This document shows, in pieces, positions 59,277 through 64,000 of a DNA stretch of 64,000 bases. The stretch covers positions 768,001 through 832,000 of the forward strand of contig JAXGZN010000001.1 in the NCBI GenBank assembly GCA_040776945.1. The letters run 5' to 3'. Each line of letters opens with the position of its first letter. Within the stretch, counting starts at the first letter, position 1. The stretch is from Methanomassiliicoccaceae archaeon. Lineage in GTDB: Archaea > Thermoplasmatota > Thermoplasmata > Methanomassiliicoccales > Methanomassiliicoccaceae. The translations under genes were made by a program, and so were the position numbers. The notes under the pieces were generated by a model. That model was not told the origin of the DNA. It saw only the letters and a program-made list of their open reading frames with translations, and did not search any database.

Positions 59277-59828
59277 ATGCGCCGATCAGGCCGCCTGACC
59301 ATGGCACTGTACAACTCCTATGATCCCAGGAGCTTCCGCGAGGCCCACCGCCGAGCTCTGGCCCGGGCCGGGCCGCTGGCATTGGCATTCGGCTTCAACC
59401 TTGCTACCTTCGGCTTCCCCTTCTCCAAGGACCTTGCCACTCCCCAGGAGGTCGCGGACTGGATAGCCACGACCACGTCCATAGGCGAGCATGGAGGGTT
59501 CTTGAAGGAACTTACCGCGAAGGGGCGCTTCCAGACCTTCGATTATCCAAACCGCGGCTTCCCGCCCCAGATGGGCGAGGCAGTGCTCACCACCAGGAAG
59601 CCGGAGGCGGGGAAAACGACGAGCATCGAGGAGATCGCCTCTGGCCTGAGGAGGGGGCAAAGCGTCATGGTAATCTTCGGTCTAGGGCCGAAGGGCGCCC
59701 CCAAAGAGGTCTTCGAGATGACCAAGAAGCACTTGGACATCACTCCGGGAGGATATTCCTTGGAGACCTGCACCGCCATGGGCGTTGTGGTCGGGGCCAT
59801 CGCCTACCGCCTCGATGAAGAGAGATAG
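59277..59828 (+). CDS. DUF531 family SPOUT-like protein
   Basis: LYNSYD...EAHRRALARAGP...FNL; TTSIG; GFPPQMG; FGLGPKG; HLDIT...SLETCTAMG. Confidence 0.8.
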   Translation: MRRSGRLTMALYNSYDPRSFREAHRRALARAGPLALAFGFNLATFGFPFSKDLATPQEVADWIATTTSIGEHGGFLKELTAKGRFQTFDYPNRGFPPQMGEAVLTTRKPEAGKTTSIEEIASGLRRGQSVMVIFGLGPKGAPKEVFEMTKKHLDITPGGYSLETCTAMGVVVGAIAYRLDEER

Positions 59829-59975
59829 GGCACCCTCCATGTCATTTAGTATTATCGATTTATATTCTCATAATTATCAAAAATAAAAAATCCCAGACTA
59901 AGATTTATATCAAGAAAATTTGTGGTTCTCAATCCCAGGAAACTAGAACGGTCTAGGCCTGGATGAGGGATCGAA

Positions 59976-60560
59976 ATGTTAAGGAAGAGAGCCACCATTG
60001 CAGGAATATTGTTAGTCATGGCCGCCGTGCTCAGCACCGGCGCTATCTATGCGTACTTCAGTGACACCGAGACCAGCAGCGGCAACACGTTCACTGCTGG
60101 TACCCTTGACCTCAAGGTCAACGGGGTCGATAATCCGGTATCCTCGTTCACAGTAGGCAACGTTTATCCCGGAGCCAGCGGCTCCGTGTCCGTCACCCTG
60201 ACCAACTCGGGGACCATCGCCGGCACCCTGACCATGGCCATCGTCTCGGTGGTAAACCTCCCGGGCGTCACAACAGAACCGGAGGCGGCCCTGGGCACCC
60301 CTGACAACGGCGAGCTTGGCGCCAACATGCAGATCACCATCTGGGTGGACAGCGACGGGGACGGGACCCTTGATGCTAGCGAGTCCACGCTGTACAGCGG
60401 CCTGCTCAACGGAGCAGGTGGAGCGCTCAGCGTAGGCAACCTGGCGGGCGGCGAATCTACCCATGTCGGCATAGCGTACAACGTCCCGACCACCGTTGGC
60501 AACGAGATCCAGGGCGACATCTGCACCTTCAGTATCCAGTACACCCTTGTCCAGGCGTGA
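59976..60560 (+). CDS. TasA/camelysin-like protein with a SipW-type signal peptide (probable fibre major subunit)
   Basis: STGAIYA|YFSDTETSSGNTFTAGTLDLKVNG; NVYPG...LTNSGT; GNEIQGD...FSIQYTLVQ. Confidence 0.88.
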   Translation: MLRKRATIAGILLVMAAVLSTGAIYAYFSDTETSSGNTFTAGTLDLKVNGVDNPVSSFTVGNVYPGASGSVSVTLTNSGTIAGTLTMAIVSVVNLPGVTTEPEAALGTPDNGELGANMQITIWVDSDGDGTLDASESTLYSGLLNGAGGALSVGNLAGGESTHVGIAYNVPTTVGNEIQGDICTFSIQYTLVQA

Positions 60561-61078
60561 GCCGGACGGCATGGAGAGGTAGGATGAGGCCACGGCCAGG
60601 TCACCTGGGGGCAGCGTTCCTTGCTGTCTTCCTAGCTCTGGCCCTGGCCAGTGTCCTGGCCCCCACCTTCGGGTGGAGGATGGATGTGGTGCAGAGCGGC
60701 AGCATGTCCCCGGCCATCGGGGTTGGCGACCTGGTGATCATCTCACCATGCGCCCCCTCGGACGTCCGCGTCGGGGACGTGGTCTGCTTTCGATCCGAAG
60801 GCAGATTGGTCTGTCACCGTGTCGTCTCCATCGACCCGATCGACCAGACCATCCTGACCAAGGGGGACGCCAACGCGGCCCCGGACCCGCCTGTCCCGTT
60901 CGGCGACATGGCGGGAAGGGTGAGCGTCAGCCTGCCCCTCCTCGGACATGCGGTCTCGTTCCTCAAGGGCCCGTTCGGGTGGGCCCTGATGATATTGCTC
61001 GCTCTCTTGGTCACGGTTGCCGGGAGGGAGGACGGTACCGAAGATGGAAAGGCTGAGATGAGGGAGGGGAAGACCTGA
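60557..61078 (+). CDS. sipW: SipW-type (S26B, Ser/His) signal peptidase I
   Basis: VVQSGSMSPAIGVGDLV, VGDVVCF, VCHRVV, TKGDANAAPD, PLLG plus TM; start at GTG 60557 or ATG 60584. Confidence 0.88.
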   Translation: MSRTAWRGRMRPRPGHLGAAFLAVFLALALASVLAPTFGWRMDVVQSGSMSPAIGVGDLVIISPCAPSDVRVGDVVCFRSEGRLVCHRVVSIDPIDQTILTKGDANAAPDPPVPFGDMAGRVSVSLPLLGHAVSFLKGPFGWALMILLALLVTVAGREDGTEDGKAEMREGKT

Positions 61079-62436
61079 GGCCCTTCAGAGCCTGGGCGTT
61101 GGTGTTCGCGCTGTTCGCCGTTGCGATCATGGCCACCAGCGACGTTCACTGCGCACTCGTGGACAGGGAGACCGCGGCCTCGAACAGCGTAATCGGCTAC
61201 ATCCCCAGCCTGTGGAGGCAAACCTCTCACGCCGATTTCCTGCAGGGAACGGCGGCCGGAACGCAGGTAAGCGACGACTCGGACAGCGTCCATCTGAGGG
61301 CGCATTACACAGATCCCGGGGTGTATGTCCTGGTCGGCGGACGATCGACCGCCTTCTACCGCTACAACATAACCTCAGGGATATGGTCCGAGATGGCGCC
61401 CATTCCAGCCGCCTTGGCCGACGGCGCGGCGATGGTGTACGACGGCTCGGCACAAGTCTACGCGCTGGCCGGGGGCTCGAGCAGTGCCCTGTTCCGCTAC
61501 GATGTCCTGGCCAATACCTGGTCCTTGTTCGCCACGGTACCCGCCAACGTAGGCAAAGGAGGGGACATCACCTGGGACGGCACCTATTTGTACGTGATGG
61601 GAGGAGCATCCGGCCGACAGGTCTGGAGGCTCGACGTGGCGAGCCTGACGTGGCTCCAGATAACGACGGTGCCGGGAGCCACGGGCACAGGGGCCTCGGT
61701 CCTGTACAACAAAGGCTATCTGTACGTAACCAAGGGAGACGGCACCAAGACCTTCTGGAGGTACGATCTGAGGTCAGGCAGGTGGGCAGCGATGGCGAAT
61801 GCCGGGGGCAAGATCGGGGCCGGATCGGACCTGATCGCCGGCCCGAGAGGCGCACTGTACGTTCTGCAGGGGAACAACGGAAGGCAATTGGCCTCGTACG
61901 ACGCCACTGTCAATGCCTGGTCCCGTCTGTCCAACCTACCCAATGCCGTGAGCTATGGCGGCGGCCTCACCTACGGGGGCTCAGACATCATCTACTCCAT
62001 CAACGGCAACGACCAGAGATACTTCCACTCGTTCAACAGGACGCTCAATTCATGGACCCGGCTGGCCATGGTGCCTTCCGCAGTGAGCGACGGCGGGTGC
62101 TTGGTATACGTGCCTCCGGTGCCGATAGATTTCCCACCGTCGGGAACACTGACCTCGGCAACCTTCGACTCCGGGCAGGCCGGGACGAGATACGTCCATG
62201 CATTCTGGGACCGGACGGTGCAGCCAGAGACCTTGGTGAAGATCGAAGTTCGGGCGTCGGACTCGTTGTCCGAAGGCTCCCCCGCCGCTGAATGGAGGTC
62301 CCTGGGGACGGGAACATCAGGGGCTATGGACGACCTCACCGGCAGGTATGTGCAGTGGAGGGCCACCCTTACCACCTCGGACGCTTCCATGACCCCGGAG
62401 CTGCAGGAGGTGAGGATATACTATTACCACGTTTAG
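61075..62436 (+). CDS. Kelch beta-propeller protein with a SipW-like N-terminus; probable CTG start
   Basis: MRPFRAWALVFALFAVAIMATSDVHC|ALVDRETAASNSVIG; six Kelch repeats (YxxxGG...FxRYD....W); C-terminal SGTLTS...GRYVQWRATL...TPEL sandwich. Confidence 0.82.
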   Translation: MRPFRAWALVFALFAVAIMATSDVHCALVDRETAASNSVIGYIPSLWRQTSHADFLQGTAAGTQVSDDSDSVHLRAHYTDPGVYVLVGGRSTAFYRYNITSGIWSEMAPIPAALADGAAMVYDGSAQVYALAGGSSSALFRYDVLANTWSLFATVPANVGKGGDITWDGTYLYVMGGASGRQVWRLDVASLTWLQITTVPGATGTGASVLYNKGYLYVTKGDGTKTFWRYDLRSGRWAAMANAGGKIGAGSDLIAGPRGALYVLQGNNGRQLASYDATVNAWSRLSNLPNAVSYGGGLTYGGSDIIYSINGNDQRYFHSFNRTLNSWTRLAMVPSAVSDGGCLVYVPPVPIDFPPSGTLTSATFDSGQAGTRYVHAFWDRTVQPETLVKIEVRASDSLSEGSPAAEWRSLGTGTSGAMDDLTGRYVQWRATLTTSDASMTPELQEVRIYYYHV

Positions 62437-64000
62437 GCGCTGCTATCGCGCTCAGCTTCATTTTACTGCTGCCTATTGCCTCGCAGCCGGTCCAAGGGGC
62501 CGGGGCGCCCATCGATCTGGTCATGGGCGAGCGGGGGGGCCTGCCGTGGGCCATCGAGAACATCAGGCCGGGAGACAGGGGGAGCGAGAGCACGGTGATC
62601 AGCAACGTGGGGAGCGGGACAGGTTATCTGAGGATATGGATCAGCGGCATCGAAGGAACCGACCGCGGCGGGGACGGAGCGGCGCTGGCCAAGTACATGA
62701 GGTTCTCACTGGTCTCGGACGGCCTCACCACCACAATGGCCCTGCCCGCGCCCATCGACCGTTTCCCCGCCTCTCCCACCGATCGCGGGCAGCTTGTCAT
62801 CGGACCGATAGCTCCCGGCAGTTCGACCTCCCTTAGGTGGACCTGGGAGTTCACCGACACCGGGGACGACCAGAACGACGCGCAAGGAGACGGACTGAGC
62901 TTCAGCATCAGCTACATGCTCACCGATGCGCCCCCGCCGGCCGCGGCCTACAAGTACGTTGCAGTGGACCTATTTGGCTGGCAGAACGTGGTGGAGACCG
63001 ACAGCGCAGGGGTGGCGCAGCATGACGTCGATGCGGTGGACCCTCTTGGGATACACCATCTCAAGATCCTAGCAGGCACCAGGATGATCGATGAGGAAGG
63101 CACGGTCCCCGCCCGCATAGTGCTTTCGGTCGCTGGGCACGATGGCGGCGCTGCCGGGCCGGCAGGGGCCGTAGCGGTCTCCCCTGCGTACGTTCTGCAG
63201 GGCTTCCTCGCCGACGGTTCGGAGGCAAACCTCACCTTCTCGGCGCCGGTGATCGTCATGATCGGTGTCAACGCCTCGATCGTGCCCGCTGGCTACCTGC
63301 CCATGGGGGTCCATGCGCTAAACGGCGACCGGTGGACCCGCCTGCCATCCGCAGGCCTTGAGATCTCCCGCTGGTCGGCCGCCGGGGCTATTCAGCGTAG
63401 CGGCGTACTGACAGTGTTCGCCGCCCCGGTGATGGGCGACAGCGGCGCGCTGCACGTCACCGATATGGTCGTACGGCCAGACACCAGGAAGAACGGATGG
63501 CCAGTGGCCATTTCCACGACCATCGGACGCTCGATCGAAGTGACCGCCCAGATTATCTGCGGAGGGAACTCTTCTGGCATATGGACGGTGGAGCTGGCCA
63601 TCGACGGCGTGGTGGGCAGCTCGGCCTTGCTGGTCATGGAGCCGGGGGAGCCATCGACGGTGGTCCTGACCGCATCGGGGATCGGGGACGGCGAGCATAC
63701 GGTTACGCTCCTCGATCGCTCCATGGTCTTCCGCGCCGGGACATATGTCGACTGGGCGCTCATAATAATATCCAATATCACGGTGTTCTCCTCGCTGCTG
63801 ATCGTCAGGCAGCGGCACCTCGTGCGCCATCCCCACAGTTCCGGCGGAGAGGCACCGCAGAAGGATGAGGTACCACTCGGGACGACGTCAGAGAGGCCCG
63901 AGGCGGCCGATCTCCAGATCGTCGAATCCATAGGAGAAGTCTGGGAGGCCAGGCGGACCGCGGAGCAGGTGGTGGAGCGCCGGCTCCGCGAGCGGCCGTA
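62418..64000 (+). CDS. Membrane-anchored protein: Sec signal, TasA-like domain, beta-rich domains, TM; probable ATA start; runs to the window edge
   Basis: Manual translation is open from 62418 to 64000: (M)LLPRLGAAIALSFILLLPIASQPVQG|AGAPIDL...NIRPGDRG...ISNVGS...LAKYM...GPIAPGSS...QNDAQGDGLSFSISYML...; TM WALIIISNITVFSSLLIV near 63755-63805. Not in the ORF track. Confidence 0.8.
   Translation, partial: MLLPRLGAAIALSFILLLPIASQPVQGAGAPIDLVMGERGGLPWAIENIRPGDRGSESTVISNVGSGTGYLRIWISGIEGTDRGGDGAALAKYMRFSLVSDGLTTTMALPAPIDRFPASPTDRGQLVIGPIAPGSSTSLRWTWEFTDTGDDQNDAQGDGLSFSISYMLTDAPPPAAAYKYVAVDLFGWQNVVETDSAGVAQHDVDAVDPLGIHHLKILAGTRMIDEEGTVPARIVLSVAGHDGGAAGPAGAVAVSPAYVLQGFLADGSEANLTFSAPVIVMIGVNASIVPAGYLPMGVHALNGDRWTRLPSAGLEISRWSAAGAIQRSGVLTVFAAPVMGDSGALHVTDMVVRPDTRKNGWPVAISTTIGRSIEVTAQIICGGNSSGIWTVELAIDGVVGSSALLVMEPGEPSTVVLTASGIGDGEHTVTLLDRSMVFRAGTYVDWALIIISNITVFSSLLIVRQRHLVRHPHSSGGEAPQKDEVPLGTTSERPEAADLQIVESIGEVWEARRTAEQVVERRLRERP

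Overview
GC-rich archaeal chromosomal window, most consistent with Methanomassiliicoccales (Thermoplasmatota). The basis is MCM, Nmd3, Tsr3, DUF424, BHB-intron tRNA, class III signal peptides, and bacterial-type gyrase and HPS; the taxon is an inference. Housekeeping genes include hps (truncated at the left edge), tsr3, mcm with four inteins, nmd3, two-subunit fumarase, a 1793-aa Lhr, ogg1, endonuclease IV, thiC, gyrB-gyrA, tRNA-Thr(CGT) with a D-loop intron, tRNA-Phe(GAA) and a bacterial-type DHS-like enzyme. There are two decayed mobile elements (IS1634-like DDE remnant; IS1341-type tnpB with intact right end). The most unusual content is: (1) a chimeric protein with a bacterial DnaA-type AAA+ module that lacks the DNA-binding domain and is fused to a DUF835/KaiC-like domain; (2) a dispersed set of five KaiC-family domains with coiled-coil and zinc-ribbon partners, a 2087-aa CARDB surface protein and a two-ATPase type IV pilus operon; (3) a four-gene TasA-like/SipW operon whose domain layout suggests a donor-strand fibre with a Kelch tip and a membrane anchor; (4) three genes that appear to start at ACG, CTG and ATA, each exactly 4 nt after a Shine-Dalgarno core. 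All family calls come from motif recognition by eye; no database searches were run.
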